Positions 48,657 to 62,600 of a DNA stretch of 64,000 nucleotides are shown here, one piece after another. The notes beneath the pieces are model-generated. The model saw only the letters and a program-made list of their open reading frames with translations, made no database searches and was not told the DNA's origin. Location of the stretch: positions 10,540,001 through 10,604,000 of the forward strand of contig OZ210885.1 in assembly GCA_964658305.1 (NCBI GenBank), in the 5' to 3' direction. The stretch comes from Leptogorgia sarmentosa. Taxonomy: Eukaryota. The translations under genes were made by a program, and so were the position numbers. The first letter of the stretch is position 1; every line of letters begins with the position of its first letter.

Positions 48657-50002
48657 AGTCGGACTAGAAGATTTAGCAGTTCCACTTATAAATGAATAAC
48701 GTGATTGATAGAGACGACATTGAATGAGTGGTTATTTTCCATCCCTAAGTGCAGCTATTGGAATGAGCATTCATGTTGCCTTAAAGACGTTTTATGCGCT
48801 TCATGCAATTGAAAACATTTCGGTTGCTAAGCTCGCTGTGTCAGTCTAGCACATTATAAACACAATTCGTATCAAATATCATTATTATATACCAATCGTC
48901 AAAGTTTCCCTTTTCTTGTGTTTCATTGGTCGAGAGCGTATCACGTGAGAGTGACGAAATTAGACTGTCTCCCTCGCATCAGCAAGAGAGGGAGATAATA
49001 CGTTATTCACCGGTGAACAACAAGAAAAAATCACGTGCGCCATCACGTGAAGACGCGACCTTTGGACGACCTGCTAATGCTTTAATTTAATTTAATATTT
49101 TAAGATAAAATATTTCGTGCATTCTTGTTCACTTGTTCCACTTTATTTTGTCGTTTCTTTGACGATTGGTATAATAATAAAGCACTTATTGACTGGGCCC
49201 TCGGGAAACCAGTGTGTTTTGTGGACCCTCGACCATCGATGTTTCCCTCGGCTTCACCTCGACGGTCTCGGGTCCACAAAACACACTGTTTCCCTTGGGC
49301 CCAGTCAATAAGTGTTAATTATTTCCTTTCATATGAGTCGCGGCTTCAAAGAAATGTTCCCAATGCGAATTTTCCATAACAGCTACGGCCTCATTCTTTT
49401 GGACACCACTACATTTATTACAATCACCAAAACATTTAATACATCGTTTTTCTGTTTTGCTTTATCTGACATCACTGAAAAGATCGTAGCTACAATAATA
49501 TCAAACATACTTGACCTTCGAAGCCATTGAGATTAGGTATTGTGCGCAAAGACGCGTTGAGACAGATATTTGCCAGATGTAATGTTTTAGCTTGCCACTC
49601 AAGTGATATTGTAGTGAGGATTTAACTTGGCGTGTACTCGCGGATATTTTCCTATGCCTTTGCAATATAGAGTAGAATACAGACTCTTTAAAAATATCAT
49701 ACGAGAAATTCGAACTATTTTCTACAAGCGCAGCAGAGCCTATGGCCCAGAGTGGGCTGTGGCTTCCTCAATTTTTTGCTGGCTTATAATATGCTAACAA
49801 GAATATAGTAAGACTGTATAATCCACGCTTACAAATCGAAGGGATTACCGATCAAGAATGACACGCAAAATCGCTTATGCTGAGAAGGTTTAGTGTTATA
49901 TTTTGCACGATACTATCTATACTGATCCGCAGTGAATGTGCAGAAATTAAAAATCATATTCTGGTATATCAAGTGAAGTTTAAGTTGCGCGCTGTAGTTA
50001 GG
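48657..50002 (-). repeat. Partial inverted copy of 41306-42595 with an internal deletion and an insertion
   Basis: Reverse complement of 42595-42060, then 41678-41306; interrupted at 48886-49322. Confidence 0.88.
48886..49322. mobile_element. Bipartite foldback element, Crypton-like, bracketed by an ATTAT direct repeat
   Basis: tataccaatcgtcaaag (48888) / ctttgacgattggtata (49157); hairpin 49183-49314; empty site tcattatttcc in the paralogous copy near 50845. Confidence 0.75.
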
Positions 50003-53000
50003 AGACATGACTCAGAATGATTTGTAAGTATTTGCAGCAATATATAGTAGGTCTAGTAGGTTTTAAAACTGAAAAGGTTAACCTAACATAATTTTTACAT
50101 ATCGCTCCTACATAATGCACTGATATAAAGACTGATTATTAGTGTGAAATTTCATAATATGCGCTGAAATATTCTCACTGTTATGGTGTGAGATATCTGC
50201 TGTTCACCTACAAGTATCAGTTGCCTGTGTTCGTGTAAATCACCGAAAGGTCTGATTTATAGATTCATAGATTTAGTATACACAGGGTTATAGTAAATGT
50301 ACATAATGTTTCTGCCAGACCAGGTCACTGAACTGGAGCAGCATGCTATATTTTTACGGTTTCGAAGTTACCATCTCAAGAAGGAACGAAGTGGGTTGTG
50401 TGCTAAGACAGCCGCGAGTGTATCAAATTTTAGAAAATTGGATTATATTTTATAGTGACGTTGGACGTTGGTTCGAATGATGAATTAAATTACTGAGAAA
50501 TGCCTGTAAATTTGATAAATTAATATATGCACAACGCAGACGTAAATCAGTGTTTGAAAAGCTGCGATACATAAACGCGGAACTTTATGGACTTATGGAG
50601 GTCGAGGTAGGCTTAGGAAATGAGCCAGACTAGAAGATTTAGCACTTCAACTTATAAATGAATAACGTGATTGATAGAGACGACATTGAATGAGTGGTTA
50701 TTTTCCATCCCTAAGTGCAGCTATTGGAGTGAGCATTCATGTTGCCTTAAAAACGTTTTATGCGCTTCATGCAATTCAAAACATTTCGGTTGCTAGCTCG
50801 CTGTGTCAGTCTAGCACATTATAAACACAATTCGTATCAAATATCATTATTTCCTTTCATATGAGTCGCGGCTTCAAAGAAATGTTCCCAATGCGAATTT
50901 TCCATAACAACTAGGGCCTCATTCTTTTGGACACCACTACATTTATTACAATCACCAAATCATTTATTACATCGTCTTTCTGTTTTGCTTTATCTCACAT
51001 CACTGAAAAGATCGTAGCTACAATAATATCAAACATACTTGACATTGAAAGGCATTGAGATTAGCTATTGTGCGCAAAGACGCGTTGAGACAGATATTTG
51101 CCAGATGTAATGTTTTAGCTTGCCACTCAAGTGATACTGCATGTAGTGAGGATTTAACTTGAAAAATACGTTGATCAAGATCTGCGTATGAAATTTGTTT
51201 TACATTAAGTTAGGATGAGTAAACAAGAAAGTGGTTTCCATTTGACAAATAAAATTGTATGGCATCAGAAAATTTGAATAATAATTAATATGACCTACAG
51301 TATCAAGATGGATTGCAATTTAGTGTGTTTACTCATGGGTTCACCACGCTTTATTCTTCTCAATTAAATTCATAGAAGATCATTATTATGGAACAAAAAT
51401 CTTTACGCTTTTATGTTTCGTACTTTTACTCGGTAAAGACTGTACGTTATGACATAAAACGATATTTGCTGTATTAAAAATATTTCGATCGAAATGTAAC
51501 ATTCCTAGCTTGACTCGGCCAATGCGATTACTGCGGAATGCAGACTGCGTGTACTCGCGGATATTTTCCTATGCCTTTGCAATGTAGAGTAGTATACAAA
51601 GTCTTTAAAAATATCATACGAGGAATTCGAACTATTTTCTACAAGCGCAGCAGAGCCCATGGCCCAGAGTGGGCTGTAGCTTCCTCAATTTTTTGCTGGG
51701 TTATAATATGCTAGCAAGAATATAGGAAGACTGTATAATCCACGCTTAGAAATCGAAGGGATTACCGATCAAGAATGGCACGCAAAATTGCTTACGCTGA
51801 GCAGGTTTCGCGTTATATTTTGCACGATACTATCTATACTGATCCACAGTGAATGTGCAGAAATTAAAAATCATATTCTGGTATATCGGATGAAGTTTGA
51901 GTTGCGCGCTGTAGTTAGGATAAAAATTTAGAGATTGTAATGGGGGTAGTATCGCATAGCTCTTGGCTACGTAGACTGTGATTAATCTCCACTTTCATTT
52001 TGAGCCTCCAAGATGATATTTTAGAGCAGAAGTCTTAGTGAAATGTGGGCAACTGTGATGTATTTAGTGAAATATTGGCAGCAAAAGTCATAACTCTACC
52101 TTTCACAAACGCATTTTAAGCCTTAGATAGATGTGTTACCATCATTTTCTCTTTGTATACAATATAGTTATAAAATATGTTTGACTTTCACGTCTGATGG
52201 TAGCACGATAGAGAAATCGAACTGACATATTGATAGAAACTAAAGGAAAATTCAAGGAATTTTAAAACTATTTCCAAGGCATTCTCAAGTTCTCGCAGGC
52301 TGAATTTTAATCTGCCGGAAATTGAAAGGGATTTCCCCTTTTCTCAAGCCATGTTCTGATTACACTCAGAGTTTTAATATTTTAGCCAGTCTGTGCTTTA
52401 TTGTAGCAGTGAGTTTCATGTATTTCGTTCTCTGTCAATATAATCGCAATCATACTACATTGACGAATAATTGAAAGCGGGGCAGGGAATAACAAACGAG
52501 GTGAGTTTGATTTAAATGTCTAGTAAACCAAAGAAATTCCCGTAGGATTTCCCGTCACAGAGCTGCGAAGATGCCGTGTGTTAGGAAAGCAATATACCCG
52601 TTGAAAGGAAAATACGTTAGACATGAACGACACAAATGACGGAACAAATATATTCAACCGTAATAAGGTTACAAATAGGTATAATATGCTCGAAATAATG
52701 AACGAACTGCGAAGGGCCAAAGCCGGAAGCTAAATCTTCATGTTGTACGTTTATATTTTGCCATACATGATTGTATTGATTGCCATTTCAAGCGAGTTTA
52801 TATCCCTATCAGAATTTATTTGCTGAAAACTCCACCAAAACCTAAAAGTTTTCGCTCTGTTAACACGGAATTTTTCAATACTGATATTACTAATGCTAAT
52901 AGAAATTGCTCACGAGGGGAACATGGCTTACTAAGCAAGATTTGCTTACAAATATTTATAGCTGCATTTCATATGACAAGGTTACAATCATGATTTAATA

Positions 53001-53674
53001 TTAGTGAAATAATATCAGCAATTACGTTGGCTGATAGAAGTTTATCAAAATTCACCTTCTCATATTAAACAGGGTGCTCATAACAATATATACTGTACAC
53101 TTTGGTGAATTCAGTGGCTAATTTTGTCCCCTTCATTAATGATTTTTCCTGCAGCTTCTCTAAGGCATTCCAACCCATTCCATACAAATTTCTTGGCAGT
53201 GACTAAGCCAAGCTGTGTTCAGACATACATTAATAAATGATCTAGAAACTCTAACCCTATCATCATTGACTTTATACTGTAGTACAGCATGCATCAAGTT
53301 GTATATTGCATCAGTAGTTTGTGACCTAGCTGGTGATTCCTAGCATGGCACTTAAGTCAAGAGCATTCCCTGTTACACAGCACCTTCACTTGCTCTAAAA
53401 ACACCACCAAAACCTCTAGCTTTTGCTCTGCTAACCCACATTCTTTCAGTACAATTATACTATGCTTAATATAAATTTGTTAAATAGTGAAGACAATTCT
53501 ATTATTTGCCCAGCAAACAAGTTTTGTGTTACATATATTTATAGCTGTTTTATACCACAAGAATTCAATCATGTTTTGATGTTACAAGGATGTCAATCTC
53601 CATCAAAAAGTAAAAACTACACAACCAGAAATTTGACAAAAAGACATTTTGGAGCATTTTAATACATTGCAGCA
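50002..53674 (-). repeat. Right arm of large inverted duplication (pairs with 39457-43129)
   Basis: Reverse-complement match to the left arm, ending ...ttttaatacattgcagca. Confidence 0.92.
52328..52553 (+). promoter_or_regulatory. Mirror copy of the candidate promoter and splice donor
   Basis: GGGATTTCCCC at 52328-52338; GAG|GTGAGT at 52500/52501; agaaattccc and aggatttccc at 52532-52553. Confidence 0.35.
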
Positions 53675-54278
53675 ACTGTCCCAGCATGTGTATAATTTTT
53701 ACTCAATATTAAGACACATTAACTCCCCTCAAAAATTTTCACATTGAGTGAAGTTCTATAAAACCATATTGATTTACATACTGATGTTATATTTCACTGC
53801 AAATTTCAAGTGTCACAATTGAATTTAGAGTGTTTTTACCTCAGATTTAGATCAGATCTACATATTTCATTTGTGTTTTGAAATCATAAGGCTATAATAA
53901 GGGATTGGATTAGATTTGACTACATCAATCTGAATTGAGTTACAACTCATTCTGGATTCAATTTTGATTTTGATTTCAATCTGGATGGATTGAATTGCTG
54001 ATTGAAAATAATGCATTGAATGTGAAATCCTAATTTTATTGCAGAAAGAATATGACTGGGCCTGAAACTGCAAAACAAATCATGCATGTTTTTTGCCCAC
54101 ATGTTTTCATTCCTTAAATTCCATTTTGCATGTACATAAACTGTCAAACTAGACATGAGTTTCTTTCTGCCACTTACTGGAAAAATCCCCCTGCCTCGAT
54201 CTCGCACATTTTACTTTAATTTTCATTGTCAGATTTGTTAGCCTATGATAAGTTTATAAACTGTTTTAATCTATAAAA

Positions 54279-54340
54279 CCTGACTGTCAGGAATTGTAAC
54301 CATGAGATTCCAGACCAGCATTCTGACCGACCGAGCTATA
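54279..54340 (-). mobile_element. tRNA-derived SINE-like head remnant
   Basis: Minus strand: A-box-like TAGCTCGGTCGG and B-box-like GGTTACAATTCC; no full cloverleaf. Confidence 0.35.
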
Positions 54341-55057
54341 GAAGTCACTTGTTGAGTAATAACTTTAAGTTCATGTAGATTTATCTTGTATTTGCATGGT
54401 TGGTTGTTATTGCTCAGTTGTTATATAATACTGTCCAAACAAAATCAAACTGCCACAGATACTGCCAAAGAACATTAAGTGTTTTACTTCCCATCCCTGG
54501 TCATGATCAGGTCTTAAACATGGTAGCTACAGTATATATAATCCTCACATTGATTATCTCATTTATTATATATTCCTGTACTTTGCCAATATCTTAGAGT
54601 ATAGATGGGGGGGTGGGGGAGAACAAGGGGAGGGGGCACTGATTTTTTAGTTTGGGTCATGTTACAATAAAGTAGACCACAACATTTAGTTGGTCTATGA
54701 AACATCAATGAAATTGTTGATTTCTTGTCAAAATTAACACTGGCTCTGCCCCAATTTCTTATCTCTTTATAGAAATGTGATTGGTTCAGCTGTTGACATC
54801 ATCCAACAGCAATACAGAGTGTGAAAAACTTGATTTTCAACCTGAATCAAGGCTGCCAAATTAGAACATTTAGTTTCCTGAGATTATAAAATAAATTAAG
54901 GTAAGTTAATTGTCTAGTAACAAACTTCAGAATGTGGTCAGTATTACCAGCAGATAACAGAATCGACAAGCATGAGGTGCTCCTTGATCGAGAATCAGTG
55001 TTGATAGTTAAGGAAAAGTGCACATATTATTTTTATGAATGTGAACATCTTTGTATA

Positions 55058-55398
55058 GGATAGACAATGATCATATGTGTGTTCAGTGGGATATAAACTC
55101 CCGAGAATTAGTTAGACGGCCACGAGGGCCATAGGCCCGAGTGACTGTCTAACTAATTCGAGGGAGTCTACGTATATCCCACTGAACACAAGTGATCATT
55201 GTCTATCCGTCTTAGAACATGATCACACCCACAAGGAATATTTGGCTGTGAAACAAAAGAGAACAATAGGCTCATTAGTGTGCTCTATATGGAGCATACT
55301 AATGAGTTTGATAGACTCACTATATGAATTCACTATAAGATATAGACCACTAGAATACCGACTTCTGATTAGTTGAGTGGGTGGGGTCATGTTCTAAG
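55058..55398. mobile_element. Bipartite foldback element in reverse orientation
   Basis: Hairpin 55058-55208 centred on gggccataggccc, then cttagaacatga (55211) / tcatgttctaag (55387). Confidence 0.6.
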
Positions 55399-55844
55399 TT
55401 GTCATTGGTTTTCCAATATGGTTTTTATTTTAGTCAGCTACATATATATAGATTACCTACTTAATGCAATTGTATATAACCCCATGTGTCTCTCATCTCC
55501 CACAATATTTTCTGACAGTGAGCCCAGTTGTTCAAAATGTCAAACCTTGTGGTATCATTTAATATGTAGATAGTGGGAAAAAAATTTGCTGGTTGTCGAT
55601 AATCAGTCATCGCACTCAGACATTAACCCAATTTCAACATAATGTTAAAATTAGGATTTCATTTTTTGTGGGTAGTTTCTCTTCTTTTGCATCTTTATCT
55701 CCTTTTGTATCTGTATTTCTAAATCTTCATGATTTTGCTGGATCTTCCCATTCTGTTGCCACAAATTACCCATGATCCGAGATCTTGCCATGCTCTTGCC
55801 AAAATTGCATTATCACTCAATCATGATGTTGTAAGATCCTTGGG

Positions 55845-56173
55845 TGGGCGTACGAGACGGGTGGGGCAAGGGGGGCAACTGCCCCCCAAAAATTCAAATT
55901 GGAAAATTCGGGCACTGATTTTGAGCATAATTCGGGCAAAAATCTGAGGAATAAGGTAATGTCAACAATCCTCCAGTCGTTCACCTGAACGAGCGTACCA
56001 AGAAAGTGGAGTTAGGACTCTGAAATCGCCAGGGGTTGAAACCAGAGGTTGTAAAAGTTAAAAAATTTCTCGCTCGGCGCCAACCATGGTGGCGCCTCGT
56101 GAAACTCGCTACCCTCAAATTCGGGCAAAGATCTTTCTGCCACCCTGAAAAAATGTAGCCCGTACGCTTATCC
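55845..56173. mobile_element. Degenerate MITE-like element
   Basis: gggcgtacg / cgtacgctt termini, G-rich subterminal region, repeated aattcgggca; no clear TSD. Confidence 0.4.
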
Positions 56174-57936
56174 TGGCATAACACACATTAAAGGCCTCGA
56201 CAAAATTTTTCCAAAATGTTCCAAGATTCATGCAAGATTTATCTTCATAACATCTCGCCATGTGCGATCAGCAGAAGATTCGACGTTTTGAGCGAAGGCC
56301 CTTCGTTGGGAGTTACTTAATTACAAATTGCCGCTGGAAGGGGGACCTTTACTCGAAACGTCAAATGTGTCGTTTAAGTAGAACCTTTCTTTGCTGTCTA
56401 TTGATGTTGTTATCAGCTTTTCTTTGACGTTCGAGATCTTGTCATAATCTTTCTGGATCATCACATGTTGTTGTTGGCAAAAACAAGCATGGGAAAAGTG
56501 GTCTGATGCTTATATAAAATGTATATACAGATGTATACGGATGTATATATGGTGAATGTATTTCTATCGTATGTCTTTTGGTGATGAATAGTGGCAGTGC
56601 TTGTATTTACTAATGAATTTTGAAATCTTCTTTAATTCTGAATGTGTGTAGTTGCTGTCCACCACGCGTAGCTTTTGCTATTTGTGGACAACAACATTTT
56701 ATTGATTTTCTAACTCAATTTGATGATGTAATAAACGGTTAAACGGTTAAAATTTCAATATGTGGCCAGGTTGTGAATAACAACATGAAAAGACAACAAA
56801 AGTCCTACTGACTACATAACGTTACAATAAGATTCAATGTTTCGAGATTCAATGTTTTCGAATTATAGCCTCTTCGGAAAAGCTGAATGAATATAGTACT
56901 TTCCAACAGTAAATAATGCCGGCTGCTTGCCAATATTGCCTATATTTTTATACACGATAAAACACTGTAATACCGAATTTGTGACCACGAAAACCATAAG
57001 CGAAAGACAAAAACCATATTTTTTTTGCGTTTGTAGGGAAGTTCAATTCAAATTTGTCATTTGAGTTCAACGTTAAATTCAACTTTTCTGATGGTATTTT
57101 TGGACCGTACGTAGGATCTTATTAACGAAGAAAGGTATGTACGTAAGAAACAATATTGACCTCATTCATCGTCCGTATAATTCATGAACTATTTTAAATC
57201 CTCGCTTCGACAACCCCAGACACGGTTGATCCTACGAGACCATGTCGAGATTCCTTCATGATTCAGTCGTGATTTGCAAAATCCCGGTATCATATTAAAA
57301 GACCTTGAACCATGGTGTTAGAAGCAAACATCGTATAAATGTGTCCATTATTAGCATTGCATGGGACTGTTTTTTTAGGTTTGTATGTTTTGTATGTTTT
57401 GTATGTTTTGTATGTATAATGCGTCTTCGGAATCGATATTTTGACATTAACACGATATTGCTAATGAATTCCGAGCTACTGTATTCTCTCATGGTAATCA
57501 TCAGACTACTTGGACTCGTCTTACAAAAATGTCTGCCTGTAATAAAGCTTGTTATATACATCCAGATACGGTTCTTTTAAATCAGCTTGTTAAACTGTGA
57601 TTTAACAGTGCTATATAGTCGAATAATCCGAGTTATTTCAGCTCGGTTAAAAAGCTTATTTCAAGCTTATTTCAACGGTTAAAAATATCCGAGCTTATTT
57701 CAACGGTTAAAAATTCGCTTTGCCAAAAATGTGTGCAAAAATTATTCAGAATTTATAAAATTGACCAATCACAGCGAAGCAAGAAATTTCTAAACATTTG
57801 CCGCAGACCGGAATCCCAGGTACTTTTTTAAGACACCCTGTATTGGCCTATTCAAAGAGTAAAAAAGCTAGCTTTGGTAACGGGTCACGATCGATTTTCT
57901 GCCCTTTGGAGTTTGAAGCAACTTCGTAATTTCTAA

Positions 57937-58350
57937 GGGCCTGTTTATATGGAGGCGAGTTACCCGGTTGACCGAGTTACTCGCTTTGCCGGGGCAAACA
58001 AGCGCTCTGTTTATATGGAACCGAGTTACTCGGCACTCGTATGTTCAGTACACTGTAGTTACATGAAGTACCTCAATATAGCGGCAAAGTTGCGAAATTG
58101 CGCATGCGCTGTTGGCAAAAGTTCGTCCCGGCAAGCCGAGTTTCCCGGTCAAAGTGTTTACATGGTAAAATATTCATCTCGCCTGGGAGAGATCCCGCCT
58201 CTTTCCACCGGGAACTCACCAAGGCGAGTTACCCGCTTGCGCCATGTAAACACTTCACCGGGAAACCTATAATTTTCTATTGAAGGCGAGTTACCCGGCA
58301 AAGCGAGTAACTCGGTCAACCGGGTAACTCGCCTCCATATAAACAGGCCC
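57937..58350. mobile_element. PIF/Harbinger (Tourist-type) MITE, apparently young
   Basis: 57-bp perfect TIR starting gggcctgtttatatggaggcgag; TAA TSD on both sides; TIR related to the 27419 element. Confidence 0.93.
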
Positions 58351-59624
58351 TAAAAGATATTTGGAATAACTACAAAAATGATTCAAATGCAAGAACGAGT
58401 TAATCCTTAATAAAGACAGGTGCATCAGGAAAAGTGATGTGATTGCTTCACTTGGGACACCTTTTTGAAATTTCCACGTACTCCGGGTCTTTATTATAGT
58501 TTTTATATATAGTTGGATCAGATTTCAATAGACAACAGGGCCAGAGGCGCTTGGAGAGGAAAGCCAACGTTTCACCGTAAGAACGCATTGTAGCTATAAG
58601 CAAGCTATGAAAAACAAACTATGAAATACATATAGGAGCAACGGATACATTGGGATTTGGGATATGTAGTTGCTAGGGTCAAAGTGTCCAATACTCAAAG
58701 TGAACGGATTTACTTTGTATATACTGTGTATGATGTCGGGAATGAATAAATCAAAATCGGGAAGCACTCCGACTATTTGTAAACTGACCTATGTAACGCG
58801 GACCGCAAAATATCCATATCCTTTCTTCCATGCATGAAAAATATTAACGTTGTAAACTGACCTATCTAACCTATCTAACGTTGTAAACTGACCGCAAAAT
58901 ATCCCTTCTTCTTCTATGAAAGATATTAACGATCAAAAATTGCTGTGGAGCATATATACCAAACATGGTGTTACCCTAGAATGTAAAATCAAAGACTCTT
59001 CCATGCGTGCGGTACAATATTTCACAAACTTGAATACGTTTTTGTACACTTCAAATATTGTATGAAATATTTGTTTCATAGATATTGATTTGCAGTGTTG
59101 TATACTAGACACATTAAAAGTATTCAACTTCTTTGCAGTTGTACATTCATATATTATACTTTAAGCATGATTTATTTAGTTTAGTTTGCCACATTGAATA
59201 ATATAGGCTACATTGAATATAAAAATTTACATATGCATGTTTATATGTTACCACAACAGCTTATAAAGCCAATTACTGTGGCCCCGATAAACCATAGACC
59301 GAGGGTGTTTCAGTTTCAACACGATAAGGTGTCGCTAAGTATACGTCCTGAATTAAATTTGAGACATCCTGATTTCCATGTTCTTGGGTCATCTGAATTA
59401 AAGACTTTACGGACTGCTGTGTGATAATGTTGTTTCAGCATGCCCCTAAATCTTAGTAACGTTATGTCCTTGCGGCGTATTTCGTCAGGCAGTATAGGTT
59501 CCAGATTTTACACGTTCATGAGAAGAATGACCTAGTTTCACTGCAACCTATAGAGAAACAGTTTACATCAATATGTAAACTTACATGCTGTTGCCACAAA
59601 TGAGTGGGATTCCTCTTATCTACC

Positions 59625-62600
59625 GACCCAGCACCATTCAAGTGAAACCCGCAAACACAATTGTTAGAACGTTCTCGATATGTGACGAGATTTATTTACG
59701 TCGTAGAGGTTTAATACAGAATTAAGCGCTTGTCATTTTGACATTTTAGTATTTTATTTCATACGGCAAGTTTGTATTGTATTGAATAATAGGTACATAT
59801 TAAATCCAGCGAATATACAATTGAATAATCTCTAAATCTAATTTTGTTCAACCTGAACAAATCATTGCTGCTCTTTGCTCCCACGCAACTTGTGTCATGA
59901 GTGTCTTCCTGTTATATTGTTCTTCGACCCAGCATTATTCAAGTGAAACCCGCAAACACAATTGCTGGAACGTTCTCGATATGTGACGACAAGTTGAATA
60001 CAGAAGCGTTTGCCCTTTTAACATTATTGCGAATTCAACATTCGGTGAGTAATAATAAAAGTTTTGAGACTATTTCCAGTTAGCACAATAACGTTACAAA
60101 ATGCAATAGTTACAAATTCCGATTCAAAGCACAATATCCATCTGATGACGTTGCAACACAATGACAAACAAACATGCCTTTACGCTTCTACCATTCGTGT
60201 AATATCGCTTCAGGTTATGTGAGGGTGTTCTATGTCGCTCTTACTTTTAATTATCTGTGATCTCGTGAGCCTTGTATTGCACATAAACTCCTCATATCAC
60301 CACTTAGTTTATCTAAGATATTTGTCATGCAAGAGCGCTTGTTTGTAAATTAAACTTAATTTATTCAGACAAGATACTGATAAAACTAGACAAGATTTTG
60401 ATCTTTTTATAAAAGTTGAGATCACGAATCATTATCTAATAAATGCTTTAAAGCTTTTCATTACTATCTGTACTGATTCTTGGGTGGTTATATCATGGTG
60501 AACATACATATGACTGGTGCGTGTTCAATCGCTGACATGTCATGCATACAGCGCTACTTTGCACGATTTGTTGAAATCCTAAATTGAATTGAGCATTGCC
60601 AAACAAAGCAGCCTCCATCCTCACTTCGGGCTTATTCAATACAGACTTGAGCATGCAATAACCAGGGACCAAACAACAGGTGGACCTTTATTGCTTTCAG
60701 GTTTTCAGCGATATAACTGCAACTTAGCAACGCTCAGTCTGTAGCGCTGTTAGCAAATTTGCTGTTCTTGAATTATATTTCCTAAGAAGAGGGAAAATAA
60801 AACCGAATGATTTTAAATTCATGACGGATTAAAAATAAGTTGAGTTGCATTGTGCGCTAGTGTAAAGTTACGAACTCATGTCAGGCGAAAAACATTTTGG
60901 TATTTTGCGTCATAGGGTAAGCTTGTATTGGTCGTTCAGACGTCTTATTATTTTGACAGAAATCATTTCAATGTACTGTTTTGTTGCTTGAAACCCAACA
61001 TGCATTACTTTGCACTTTGCAACAATATTCCCGAAGCTTAAACAGCAACTTGCTTCAGCTTCATGTAGTTTATACACAGAATGTCTTGTGGTGAGTAGAA
61101 TTCATCAAATTTATTGTCACTGAATTATTTTTACCGAGTAGTGTGTAAGGAAATATTCAATATGCGGCGCGCCAGTGCAGGTAGCAGATCACAACAGCAA
61201 ATACCAGAAAGGGTTTTGCTCACTACCTAAACGATGCTATTAATAAGTTTCAATATTTGGAGCGAACGCCTTTTGTCGGAGTTCATCGTTTAGTCTGACG
61301 AATAATAGCATCAAGAGCACCGGAAAATCCACTCACCACGGATTATATTTTAGCAAAAGTTCGACTAAGAGCCTTTGTTCAAAAATTCGAATCTGCGTAT
61401 TGTTTTAGTACTGATCAACTGTCACCTCATAGAAAGCAAGTAATTCATTGCTTCATTGGAATCAGAGTTGAATCATATATAAAATATTCTACATGCAAAC
61501 GCATGTTGACAATGTCTTTGTGACCGTAACGATCTTGAATGTTTCACAACGACCGTAGTGCAGTTTCATGTTGTATTTTAGAAGATTTACCCAAATTTGC
61601 ATAAACTTTAGCCTGAAATGAGCGCCGAAAAAAACCATGTAAATTGTGCTATCAGTTATATTTATAATCTTTATTGCTGACCCTAATCTAATCATTGCGG
61701 CTTTCTACTCCCACGTAAAATGTCACATATGACTGTCTTGCTGAGTTGCAAACAGAATTGCTAGAACGTTAGCGATATGTGACGTGGCGTTGAGTATTGT
61801 GACAGAAAATGAATACAGAATCGCTTTCTCTTTCAAAATCATTTTAACACTCGGTGACTCTACGAAAATGTTTCGAAATTATTTCCAGTTCGCAGAGTAA
61901 CGTTATGAAATGTCACATTGCAAATTCCTTTCAAAGCACGATATCATGCGTCTGCAACAAAATGCCAAATAAACGTGCACTTGGAGTATGTGGATGTCTT
62001 GCTTTATTTGTGATTTCGTGAACAAAAAAACACCTCAGACACCACTTAGTTTATCTAAGCAATTTGTCATGCTAAAGCGTTTGTTTGTATGTTGTAGTGT
62101 TGTAGACTTAAATTTTTCAGACAAGATACTCCTAAAACTAGATAATATCATTTCTAACGTTTTGATCAGAAAAGGTCGGGATCATCAATCATTAACTAGA
62201 AATACATATAGGCAGCACAACCCCTCGCCTTACACGCAAAAAAATGCAACTATATTTTTGGAACATGAAGTACTCAAAGTACTGTACTTTAAGTAAAGCA
62301 GTGAGAGGTTGTTGTCATGGCAACACGATCGGAATTCAAATTTCTGTATTTTTTTTTAAAACAGTCAAAATATCAGCTTTTATCTTCGTTTTATTGGCAT
62401 TTTTTTAAAATTTGGACAACCATTTGTTATCCGCACGTTATTGTGACTAACATAAACTTGAATTTGTTGCGAAATACTACATTTATTTGCATAAAACTTT
62501 TTAAATATTCAATTCAATCTTTGATATGAAACAATTTCCAGCCAGACTCCAGTGTTCGCTCGTGTTCTCGGCCAACAATATATTGACGAACTTATCCTGT

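Noticed and set aside
40493..52720. Mirrored 66-aa ORFs (40493+ and 52520-) as conserved small proteins
   Set aside because: Non-ATG starts; the similarity is explained by the recent DNA duplication.
54279..54340. tRNA gene
   Set aside because: Only A/B-box-like motifs; no acceptor or anticodon stems.
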